Of a stretch of DNA of 64,000 bases, positions 9,455 to 17,448 are shown one piece after another (position 1 is the first letter of the stretch; each line of letters opens with the position of its first letter). Under the pieces are notes generated by a model. The model saw only the letters and a program-made list of their open reading frames with translations, searched no databases and was not told the DNA's origin. The DNA is from Promethearchaeota archaeon. Lineage in GTDB: Archaea; Asgardarchaeota; Thorarchaeia; Thorarchaeales; Thorarchaeaceae. The DNA lies in contig WJMJ01000022.1 of NCBI GenBank assembly GCA_014728035.1, forward strand, positions 64,001 through 128,000. The letters are read 5' to 3'. The translations under genes and the position numbers were made by a program.

Positions 9455-10114
9455 ATGATGCTAATGGAAGAAATACAGGACAAGAAACACATCGACAAAG
9501 CAATTAGCTACACCATTCCAGACTCGGCTGTGGTTTTTAGAATTGCATGGTATACTGTCGCTTCAAAACCTGGTGCAATACTAAATGAATACAGCGAAGC
9601 AGAGAGTCAAATCTTCAAGGGAAAAGCAATTTTTTCCGTTAAGTATCAAGACACCCCAATTTACGTAAGAGTATGGGTTGAAGAAGCTCAAACGTCTGTT
9701 GAATTAACCGCATGGGGTGATGATGAATCCCTTCTAGAATCCTATCTTACTGAAACTCTCTCAGCTCTCAATGAGTCTTTGAACAAATACACATCATTAG
9801 AGAAAGAAAACAAACTGAAGTTGCATAAAGCTCTGGTTGCTAAGACTTGTTGGGACCGCTTAGTGTTTGAAATTCTAAACAAAGCACCTTTGTCTGCAGT
9901 ATATATCCAAGTAGCTCATGGTCGTGAGATGTCGATTAAAGCCACTGAAGGAGAGGATATGCACCCTCTAACTCTTACCACATCAGGATGGCTTTCAAAG
10001 ATTGATTCACTCCCTCGTGAGGAACCTCTCCCCTCTGATATTGCTACTGAATTAGCCAAGAAGTCTGTTGAGTGGAAAAAGGAAACTCACGAAATAATTC
10101 GTAGATATCTCTAG
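9455..10114 (+). CDS. Hypothetical protein inside the Sec locus
   Basis: 219-aa ORF with GAGG RBS; alpha/beta N-domain and helical C-domain; ends 14 nt before tRNA-Sec. Confidence 0.8.
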   Translation: MMLMEEIQDKKHIDKAISYTIPDSAVVFRIAWYTVASKPGAILNEYSEAESQIFKGKAIFSVKYQDTPIYVRVWVEEAQTSVELTAWGDDESLLESYLTETLSALNESLNKYTSLEKENKLKLHKALVAKTCWDRLVFEILNKAPLSAVYIQVAHGREMSIKATEGEDMHPLTLTTSGWLSKIDSLPREEPLPSDIATELAKKSVEWKKETHEIIRRYL

Positions 10115-10128
10115 AACTTCTCAGTGTT

Positions 10129-10219
10129 GGCCTTCTATAGGGGCGGTGGTCCGCTTCCGTGGGCTTCAAACCCATGATCGTGCAAGCGATTAGAGTTCGA
10201 TTCTCTTAGGAGGCCGCCA
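10129..10219 (+). tRNA. selC: tRNA-Sec (anticodon UCA), 9/4 fold, CCA encoded
   Basis: Acceptor GGCCTTCTA/TAGGAGGCC (9 bp); D stem GGGGCGG/CCGCTTC (7 bp); anticodon stem CGTGGG/CCCATG with loop CTTCAAA; variable arm ATCGT-GCAA-GCGAT; T stem AGAG/CTCT (4 bp) with loop TTCGATT; G discriminator plus CCA. Confidence 0.97.
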
Positions 10220-10961
10220 ATTCTTCTTCTAATCGGTCTCTCAAAATTTTCGTCGTTTCATCCAATGAGAGGTTCTCGCTATTCGCTTTATTTAGAACTT
10301 CTTTTCTAACTTTCAGTATATCTTGCGAACCTCGATATTCTTTATGTTTGGTAAAGAAACCAGCAAGTATTCTTCGTGTGACTCTGTCTCGTTGGTCTTG
10401 GTCCGATATTCCTTCTTTGTTGTCTGATTTTTCTTGTCTAGGTATTGAAGAAAGAATCTTTTTCAAATGACCAATAGCTACTTCAATGGAATCATTATTA
10501 GGGTCATATTGGAATAACGGTTCATCCCAAGCATATTTCTTTCCGGGTGTATCTAATCGACTTGCAATTCTTTCAATCACATATGGTGGTATTACCCTCT
10601 TACGACCCTCATTCCATTTCAATGCAATATCCCGTGGAGTCGTTATATGAATCACCCCAAAGTCGCATTTGTATTTTTCAGCTAGTTTTAGTAATTCGTG
10701 ACGCATACTTGTATAATAGTTCGTGTCGTCATGGATGATGCTTTTCCCTTGACTAAGCATTTCATCCGTTTTGTCAAGTGCTGAGGCTCTTACTTCATTC
10801 TCCTTCTCTGGTTTGAATTCGGAATAATATTCCTCATCTCTCCATGTGTCTGTATTTATTATCTCAAAATCATATGCAGGAATCATTGTTTTGATAGATT
10901 TTGCAAAAGTAGATTTTCCAGAAGAAGGGATACCACAGAGAACGAGCAGAATCTGTTTCAT
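10206..10961 (-). CDS. pstK: L-seryl-tRNA(Sec) kinase
   Basis: P-loop GIPSSGKST, DDTNYYTSMR and KYAWDEP; adjacent to tRNA-Sec. Confidence 0.9.
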   Translation of the reverse strand: MKQILLVLCGIPSSGKSTFAKSIKTMIPAYDFEIINTDTWRDEEYYSEFKPEKENEVRASALDKTDEMLSQGKSIIHDDTNYYTSMRHELLKLAEKYKCDFGVIHITTPRDIALKWNEGRKRVIPPYVIERIASRLDTPGKKYAWDEPLFQYDPNNDSIEVAIGHLKKILSSIPRQEKSDNKEGISDQDQRDRVTRRILAGFFTKHKEYRGSQDILKVRKEVLNKANSENLSLDETTKILRDRLEEELAAS

Positions 10962-11003
10962 ATCAGCTCTGCTCGCTTTTTCTATGATGTTTTAAACTAA
11001 GTA

Positions 11004-11999
11004 CTATGCGAATCTGCCTTCTGAAGGATCCATAGTAATCTGTAGGTTCTTCACAAGCTCTTTGTATCTATTACGTACAGTCACCTCAGTCACATTGCTT
11101 GCTTGAGCAATCTCACGTTGTGTACGTCGATCATCTTCTATGATTCCTGCAATGTATAGAGCTGCTGCTGCAATACCACCTGGGTCCTTGCCTACAGTGA
11201 TTCCTTTCTGTCTAGCATCTTCGATAATGTCTGTTGCTCGTTTAATGGTGCGTCCTTGGACTCCTAAGTCTGCAGATATTCTTGGAATGAGGTTCTTCGC
11301 TGATGGAAGAGGTACTTTCATGTCAAGATATCTGATAAGAAGGCGAACAGCTTGACCGAGTTTCTTTCTGTCAATTCTACTCTCGTCAGCAAGTTCGTCA
11401 AGTCGACGTGGAATCTTGTGAATTCTACATGCTAAGTATACCGCTGCTGCTACGACACTTTCAATACTTCTGCCACGGGCTAGTTTCTTGCTTAGTGCCT
11501 TTCTGTAGATAAGTGCAGAGCGTTCACGAGTTTCATGAGGTATTCCTAGCTGTGAACTTAATCTTTTCAACTCATTAAGGGCGATTCTTAGATTCCTTTG
11601 GTCCGAACTATGAGCTTGTGTTCTGATCTGCCATTTTCTCATTCGGTAAATGGACGCTCTAGTGCTTGCCTTGATTGGCCTTCCACTTGCGTCTCGATTA
11701 CTCCAGCTTATTGTAGTAGAGAGTCCTTTGTCTGCAACCATTACACTCATTGGCGCTCCTGTTCTTTCACGGGATTCTCTCTCTTCAGCTGTGAAAGCTC
11801 TCCACTCAGGGCCAGTATCAATTGTGCCTTCACCAGCTACACATCCGCATGATGTGCAGATTGTTTCGCCGCGTTTTCTATCTTCATAGAATTCTTCTGC
11901 GCCGCAAAGCGTGCATACAGTTTCTCTGTTGTCTTTGACTTTTTTGCCATCTATACCCATTTTAACGACCTTCAAACGAAGGATCTTCTGTCTCTCCAT
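11004..11999 (-). CDS. tfb: Transcription initiation factor IIB (paralogue 1)
   Basis: Zn ribbon CTLC..CTSCG, B-reader GPEWRAF, cyclin repeats, TEVTVRNRYK; start may be ATG 11960. Confidence 0.95.
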   Translation of the reverse strand: MERQKILRLKVVKMGIDGKKVKDNRETVCTLCGAEEFYEDRKRGETICTSCGCVAGEGTIDTGPEWRAFTAEERESRERTGAPMSVMVADKGLSTTISWSNRDASGRPIKASTRASIYRMRKWQIRTQAHSSDQRNLRIALNELKRLSSQLGIPHETRERSALIYRKALSKKLARGRSIESVVAAAVYLACRIHKIPRRLDELADESRIDRKKLGQAVRLLIRYLDMKVPLPSAKNLIPRISADLGVQGRTIKRATDIIEDARQKGITVGKDPGGIAAAALYIAGIIEDDRRTQREIAQASNVTEVTVRNRYKELVKNLQITMDPSEGRFA

Positions 12000-12210
12000 C
12001 TCGGATAATATTAAGTTTGATTATCATTTCTCATAATTCTATGATATGGAGGGACATATGATTCCGAGTTGCATGCACAAATTGTATTTTACACTTATAA
12101 AAGGTCGGAATTGAGTGTCAAATTACTGAATATTTTGCAATCTTGCTTATACTTGCTGTAAATTATTCATGCGCAGCTAATACTATCTCCATTATGAATA
12201 CTGAAACTGA

Positions 12211-12240
12211 TAAAGGGAGTGTTTACAATTGCTCCCTTTA
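12211..12240 (-). terminator. Hairpin between the tfb genes
   Basis: TAAAGGGAG/CTCCCTTTA stem about 20 nt downstream of the 12262 stop. Confidence 0.5.
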
Positions 12241-12261
12241 CCAAGATTTGTAAAAAACGCT

Positions 12262-13206
12262 TTATGGTCTAATTGTGATTTGCAAATTGGTCGCGAGGTC
12301 TTTGTATCTGTTTCGAACAGTTACCTCAGTTACATTGCTTGCTTCTGCTATCTCACGCTGTGTTCGTCGGTCGTCTTCAATGATGCCAGCAATGTATAAT
12401 GCTGCAGCAGCAAGACCACCTGGATCTTTCCCAGCTGTGATTCCTTTCTCTCTAGCTTCATTGATTATATTCATAGCAGTCTGAACAGTCTTGCCATCAA
12501 GCTCCAAGTCTGCTGAAATCCGTGGCATTAGATCGTTCGCTGATGGAATAGGAACTTTCACATCAACATATCGAAGTATGAGTCTCACACATTGCCCTAA
12601 TTCCTTTCTATTAACTCTGGCTTCTGTTACAATTTCGTCAAGTTGACGAGGGATCTTATGAATCCGGCATGAAAGGTATATTGAAGCTGATACCATACCT
12701 TCAATGCTTCTTCCTCGTACAAGTCTTTTTGTTAGTGCTTTTCTGTAGATGAGTGCAGCAGTTTCTTTTGTTTCACGAGGAACTCCTAACTGAGAAGTGA
12801 GTCTATCCATCTCACTCATGGCAATACTGAGGTTGCGATGTTGTGAGCTATGTACTAAGGTTCTAATTTGCCATTTTCTCATTCGATAGATTTCAGCACG
12901 TTTTGTAGCTGCTATTGCTCTACCATTAGCATCACGGTCGCTCCAACTAATGGTTGTTGCAAGACCTTTATCTGCCATAGTGAGGGTCATTGGCGAACCA
13001 GTTCTGGCTCGTGCATCTCTCTCTTCAGCGGTGAAGGCACGCCACTCAGGCCCTGAATCCATTATACGTTCATTAACAACACATCCACATGATGTGCAGA
13101 TATTCTCTCCTCTTGTTATGTCTTCATAGAATTCTGTTCCTCCACAAATAGAGCAAACAGCTGATGGTTTTCGCCTATCACCCAATGACCTGACTGGTTT
13201 TGCCAA
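12262..13206 (-). CDS. tfb: Transcription initiation factor IIB (paralogue 2)
   Basis: CSIC..CTSCG, GPEWRAF, RGRSIE and TEVTVRNRYK motifs; AGGTGA RBS. Confidence 0.96.
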   Translation of the reverse strand: MAKPVRSLGDRRKPSAVCSICGGTEFYEDITRGENICTSCGCVVNERIMDSGPEWRAFTAEERDARARTGSPMTLTMADKGLATTISWSDRDANGRAIAATKRAEIYRMRKWQIRTLVHSSQHRNLSIAMSEMDRLTSQLGVPRETKETAALIYRKALTKRLVRGRSIEGMVSASIYLSCRIHKIPRQLDEIVTEARVNRKELGQCVRLILRYVDVKVPIPSANDLMPRISADLELDGKTVQTAMNIINEAREKGITAGKDPGGLAAAALYIAGIIEDDRRTQREIAEASNVTEVTVRNRYKDLATNLQITIRP

Positions 13207-13383
13207 TTTAAATCACCTTGATGAATTCTCTCTTGGAATATGGTCTTCTATATGAAGTTCGGAAACTGCAAATAGCACTGCACTTAGAGAGAGAACACTT
13301 TTTTCGAATCCCCTCATTTTCAGTATTTAAGTTTAAGCATCTATGAGAAATTGTTCTACAAACATCTGGTTTGCATTGGGGTC

Positions 13384-13415
13384 AAAAAAGGTATGGGGAA
13401 GGAAAAAGTCCTTCC
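13384..13415 (-). terminator. Hairpin plus U-tract
   Basis: GGAAGGA/TCCTTCC stem followed on the minus strand by T6. Confidence 0.55.
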
Positions 13416-13427
13416 TACTAACCATGT

Positions 13428-14003
13428 TTATTCTAGACAGCTCATTTCACGAATAACTGCATCGGGAATAATGTGTATGTTTTCGTATATTGTATCTCCT
13501 TCATCAATCATCGTTTTTGCAAGAGCTATCTTGACAAGACCATCCTTTCTACCTAGGAAATATCCTGCAATAAATTGTAATGGAACCTGCTTGTCAATTG
13601 CCTCTTCTTTAGTCATTGGACAGCATTCCACTCCTGGGCTCTCATAACTAACCTCAACTAATTCATGCCCGTCGCAAAACTCCAGTCTCGAGAGGTGTTT
13701 GGTCTTATTTGTGATTCGTTCTTTGCCGGTCATACTATGAACAGTTGTGGCATCGTAATGGAAAGGATCACCACGTTGTTTGTGAATACTGGGAACCAGA
13801 TAGAGTGTCCTATCTTCCATGGACTCTACTTTGTTGCTACCATCATCAACAAATTTCTTGTCGGTACTCTCTCCAACCAAATATCGCACATGGAAATGTT
13901 TCGCATCAACAAGTTTCTTTTCGTCACCATCTTGTACTGTAATCATTGTATTGTCCCACAATTCTACAGGATTAAACGGATTGTTTTCTAACTCACTCAT
14001 CAT
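13428..14003 (-). CDS. Hypothetical protein, possibly tandem Sm-like beta domains
   Basis: 191 aa, beta-rich; C-half LVEVSY..AGYFLG..VKIA..IIP..I; AGGTG RBS. Confidence 0.65.
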   Translation of the reverse strand: MMSELENNPFNPVELWDNTMITVQDGDEKKLVDAKHFHVRYLVGESTDKKFVDDGSNKVESMEDRTLYLVPSIHKQRGDPFHYDATTVHSMTGKERITNKTKHLSRLEFCDGHELVEVSYESPGVECCPMTKEEAIDKQVPLQFIAGYFLGRKDGLVKIALAKTMIDEGDTIYENIHIIPDAVIREMSCLE

Positions 14004-14017
14004 CTACACCTTTAAGG

Positions 14018-14041
14018 TATAATTAACTATGGTTAATTATA
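14018..14041. promoter_or_regulatory. Palindromic operator-like site TATAATTAAC-TATG-GTTAATTATA
   Basis: Perfect 10-bp arms in a divergent intergenic region; core repeated at 16364-16377. Confidence 0.55.
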
Positions 14042-14182
14042 ACTGAGATTGTTTATCAAACTTTCGAACGTGGTATTTATGTAAAAAAGTGAGAAGCAAC
14101 TGTTCGACCATGTAGCAATATATGATATAAGACACCAATCCATTCCAATATCATAATCCAACACAAATGATGGTGTGATAAA

Positions 14183-14881
14183 ATGGCTTTCGGGTTACTT
14201 CATATTCTCTTCTTAATTTCAGGAGTGCTTATAGTAGGATGTATTCTTTTTCTTTCTAGACGCTATATGGCTCAGAAAAATACCTTGACATTGGTATTCA
14301 CGCTATTTCTGATATCTTATGCCATTATTGGGTTTGCATACGGATTGAGAGGATTTTTTGATCCTCAAACTGCACCAGAGATTCTCCTCTGGGTTCTGAC
14401 GAACTTAATGTATCCCATTATGGTTGTACCTTTAGCAGTATTCCTCGCCTACCCTTATCTTCAAGAACAAATTGGAACTCTTACTGGTTTCATAACTCGC
14501 TTAGTTATGATATTTGCTTTTGTAGTAGTTGTCTTCAATTGGGGTGTCATTTTTACATCAGATATTGAATTCACCTATATCGATCTCTTTGAGCTTACTC
14601 ATTATGCTCTTGTTTCAGATTTTATTCCCTATGCATATTATTTGACTCTCCTTCTGGATATAGTCGTAGCGACTTTCTCAGCTATATTTTTGGCAATATC
14701 CTTCAAGAGGGAAACAGACTCTGTGTACAAACAAAAGGCACTATTCCTCTTGCTCGGTTGGCTGTTAGTATCTTATGGGCAATTGCTTCTACTAAGTCCA
14801 ACTCTCGCAATCATTCATCCTCTTACCTCTATGAGCGGTGTTATTCTCCTTGTGCTCGGAGTTATCCGTAGCAGTTCATAG
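14183..14881 (+). CDS. Stand-alone 7-TM membrane protein
   Basis: Seven hydrophobic segments with basic loops after TM1 (RRYMAQK) and TM5 (KRETDSVYKQK); no soluble domain. Confidence 0.75.
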   Translation: MAFGLLHILFLISGVLIVGCILFLSRRYMAQKNTLTLVFTLFLISYAIIGFAYGLRGFFDPQTAPEILLWVLTNLMYPIMVVPLAVFLAYPYLQEQIGTLTGFITRLVMIFAFVVVVFNWGVIFTSDIEFTYIDLFELTHYALVSDFIPYAYYLTLLLDIVVATFSAIFLAISFKRETDSVYKQKALFLLLGWLLVSYGQLLLLSPTLAIIHPLTSMSGVILLVLGVIRSSS

Positions 14882-14924
14882 ACGTTAGGATTACACCTAT
14901 ATGAATTGTCTAATGTGATGACAT

Positions 14925-15422
14925 ATGACAGGAAAGGTGGTCAAGATGGCATTGGTAGGTGCTGGTGGAGCTGGTAAAACTACCATTGCCTCTCGCCTTA
15001 TCACAGGTGAGTTCATCGAAACTCTGATGACCATTGGGATAAACATCGAGACCTGGAAACTAGAAGATGATGCTAGCGATTCGGATGTCACGGTGGCTCT
15101 TTTCGATCTTGGAGGTCAGAATCAATTCAGATTCTTTCAAAAGAGTCTTCTCAGTGGTACTCATGCAGTTATTCTTGTCGTTGACATGACCCGTCTACCA
15201 ACACTTTTCGAACTTGATGACTGGATCAAACTTATCCAACATGTTGACAAAGAAATGTGGCTACTTGTTGGGAATAAATGTGATGATCATATCATGATGA
15301 CGGAGGATGATATCCGTAAGAAAGCAGAAGAAATAGGAATCCCCTATGTCATTCTCAGTGCTAAAACTGGCGAAGGGTTTGATGAATTGGTTGAGCGTAT
15401 TATTGATATGATGCGAAATTAG
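14925..15422 (+). CDS. Rab/Arf-like small GTPase
   Basis: G1 GAGGAGKTT, G2 TIG, G3 DLGGQ, G4 NKCD, G5 SAK. Confidence 0.93.
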   Translation: MTGKVVKMALVGAGGAGKTTIASRLITGEFIETLMTIGINIETWKLEDDASDSDVTVALFDLGGQNQFRFFQKSLLSGTHAVILVVDMTRLPTLFELDDWIKLIQHVDKEMWLLVGNKCDDHIMMTEDDIRKKAEEIGIPYVILSAKTGEGFDELVERIIDMMRN

Positions 15423-16345
15423 TGCAACTCTCTCTCAATCAACCTTTTATTGTCATGCGCAAAACTATAATCATTCAATTAGTTTGCAGAGGTATTTGTG
15501 TGTCAAGTTCTGATGAGAAGGAAATATACGTTTTTTGTGAACAATGCAAGCAGAATGTACTCCTACGTGTCCCTCTAACCTCTGATGCTGCTACAAGGGG
15601 CGGCTTAATGTCTGTTGTTTCTGTTCATGGTAACCCTCCTCATGCACTCATGGCATATCTTGATGCAGAATTTCGTGTGAGAGGGATAGAGTATCCAGCA
15701 GCAGCTCAGACTGCGGACGCTGGGCGGATAGAGTCAGTTCCTGAAAGCAAAACGGAGGCACTTGAAGAAAAAGTCGAACTAGGATTATTAGCATTGCTTG
15801 ATATTTTTCATCCAAAAAGAAAGGATGCAATAAAAGCACTAGCAATAATTATGGTCAATATGCTTACCAAGAAGCGAATTTTTCTGATTCATGATGAAAA
15901 AGCAATTGGAACTTCTGTTATTTCGGCACTTCATGATATTGCGTCATTTGAAGAGGATCTGATTACACTCATTAATCATACAATTCTCTCAAAGAGTGAA
16001 CTGAATCCATTTTGTGTCTATGACCTTCAGCAAAATAAACTCCTTCACCAAGGTCCAAAAATCGACTCGAAATATTTTGAGCGCATTCTTCAAGATATCG
16101 CAAAGCACGAAAACCCCTACTTTAGACTTAAGAATGAAATGAGTAAAATCGTATATGCCTATGGTCGATTACAGGAAATTCTTTCAGCTCTGGATTCGTC
16201 TATTCTAGACACTCAGCTCGCTTGTGATGCGTCAATCGATTATGAATTACTTCCATTCCTTCTCGAAATGGCTGAATCTGAAGGGCATAATATCCGGTCA
16301 CTTGTGAAAAAGGACGGTCTCGGAAGGGCTCTTCGCAGTATTTAG
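15422..16345 (+). CDS. C2H2-type zinc-binding domain plus DENN-like protein
   Basis: CEQC..HGNPPH..LDAEFRVRG N-domain; NMLTKKRIFLI..VYDLQQNK core; start GTG 15422 (TAGTG overlap) or GTG 15500 (GAGGT RBS). Confidence 0.55.
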   Translation: MQLSLNQPFIVMRKTIIIQLVCRGICVSSSDEKEIYVFCEQCKQNVLLRVPLTSDAATRGGLMSVVSVHGNPPHALMAYLDAEFRVRGIEYPAAAQTADAGRIESVPESKTEALEEKVELGLLALLDIFHPKRKDAIKALAIIMVNMLTKKRIFLIHDEKAIGTSVISALHDIASFEEDLITLINHTILSKSELNPFCVYDLQQNKLLHQGPKIDSKYFERILQDIAKHENPYFRLKNEMSKIVYAYGRLQEILSALDSSILDTQLACDASIDYELLPFLLEMAESEGHNIRSLVKKDGLGRALRSI

Positions 16346-16363
16346 CGAACTATACGAGTATAT

Positions 16364-16377
16364 TTAACAATGGTTAA
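16364..16377. promoter_or_regulatory. Second copy of the TTAAC-N4-GTTAA palindrome
   Basis: TTAACAATGGTTAA, 13/14 identical to 14023-14036. Confidence 0.5.
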
Positions 16378-16414
16378 CTTTAATAGTGGTGTTTCCAAGT
16401 GAATACTGATTGTA

Positions 16415-16990
16415 ATGATTGAGTATGTTGTGATTGTCTTAGCTGTGTTTCTGTTTGGAATGCAGCATAGTGGTATGTCTGCACTTAAGGTTAAGAATCG
16501 AATTATAGATCGATGGGGGAAGAAGGGCTATTCGCGTGTCTATACTATCACAGCAAGTATCACTCTACTCATTGCATTTCTCTCTATGCAATTTTGGGAC
16601 TGGTTATATTTTCTATTCCAATCATTCAATATTCTTTCATTTGCAGTTGGTATTCTACTGATAATAATTGGGCTGGTGATAACAACTGCAGCTACTAGAG
16701 TCATTTCAGTCAGTACTGTAGCAGATATGCGAACCGACCGGAAACCAGAACTAGTGACTGATGGTATTTATGCTCAAGTACGTCATCCCCTCTACCTTGC
16801 TACAATTATTCTTCTTATTGGACTTATTTTCCTCTATCTTCCCTTTCTGAGAGTCATTGTATTTTCTTTATCTCTGATTGCTTACACTCTAATTGGTGCA
16901 TATCTTGAAGAGAGAAAACTAATTTGTCACTATGGCCAGGATTATTTGGATTATAGAGAACAAGTTGGATTCATCCTTCCAAAGCTATGA
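16415..16990 (+). CDS. Isoprenylcysteine carboxylmethyltransferase (ICMT/PEMT) family membrane methyltransferase
   Basis: LVTDGIYAQVRHPLY and EERKLI..YG..Y..Y motifs. Confidence 0.85.
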   Translation: MIEYVVIVLAVFLFGMQHSGMSALKVKNRIIDRWGKKGYSRVYTITASITLLIAFLSMQFWDWLYFLFQSFNILSFAVGILLIIIGLVITTAATRVISVSTVADMRTDRKPELVTDGIYAQVRHPLYLATIILLIGLIFLYLPFLRVIVFSLSLIAYTLIGAYLEERKLICHYGQDYLDYREQVGFILPKL

Positions 16991-17004
16991 AAGAAGATAT
17001 CTCC

Positions 17005-17448
17005 TCATTCTGAATTTAGCATCTTTTGTATCTTTGATAGATGTCTTCCTTTTTTAACAGCATCAGGACTGATCTTGTGAACTCGACCATGTTCTACAAC
17101 ATAATGTTCCACTTCCAATTCTGGAACAAAATGGCGTTTGACATCTTCTGTAACAAAATGCAATTGTACGCAATGCGGACTTCCATCAACAGAAAGTGCT
17201 ACAACACGTTTCAGTTGAGAATATCTCACAAATGATGCTATTTTGAAGCCTGCTTGATTAACATGTGCGTCTTCTAGACATATATTCAGGACCGCATAGC
17301 CTCCATCCTTTTGAGCAAATGCTTCAACAATCTCAGGATACTGCGTTAGCATGCAAGTACCGATAATGAGCAATTGGCCTTTTTCCCGAACATGTCGGGC
17401 TCCAACATTGGTACACAAAAGTGGATTGGAGTCGGTCATATCCCTCAA
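17005..17448 (-). CDS. Putative iron-sulfur cluster-binding protein
   Basis: C..C..ICLE and VDGSPHCVQLH motifs. Confidence 0.55.
   Translation of the reverse strand: MRDMTDSNPLLCTNVGARHVREKGQLLIIGTCMLTQYPEIVEAFAQKDGGYAVLNICLEDAHVNQAGFKIASFVRYSQLKRVVALSVDGSPHCVQLHFVTEDVKRHFVPELEVEHYVVEHGRVHKISPDAVKKGRHLSKIQKMLNSE

Noticed and set aside
10129-10219. tRNA-Sec as an integration site for a mobile element
   Set aside because: No integrase in the window and no duplicated tRNA 3' end was noticed
14925-15422. GTPase as a direct prenylation/ICMT substrate
   Set aside because: Neither GTPase ends in CAAX or CC (..MMRN, ..KEVA), so the ICMT link is contextual only
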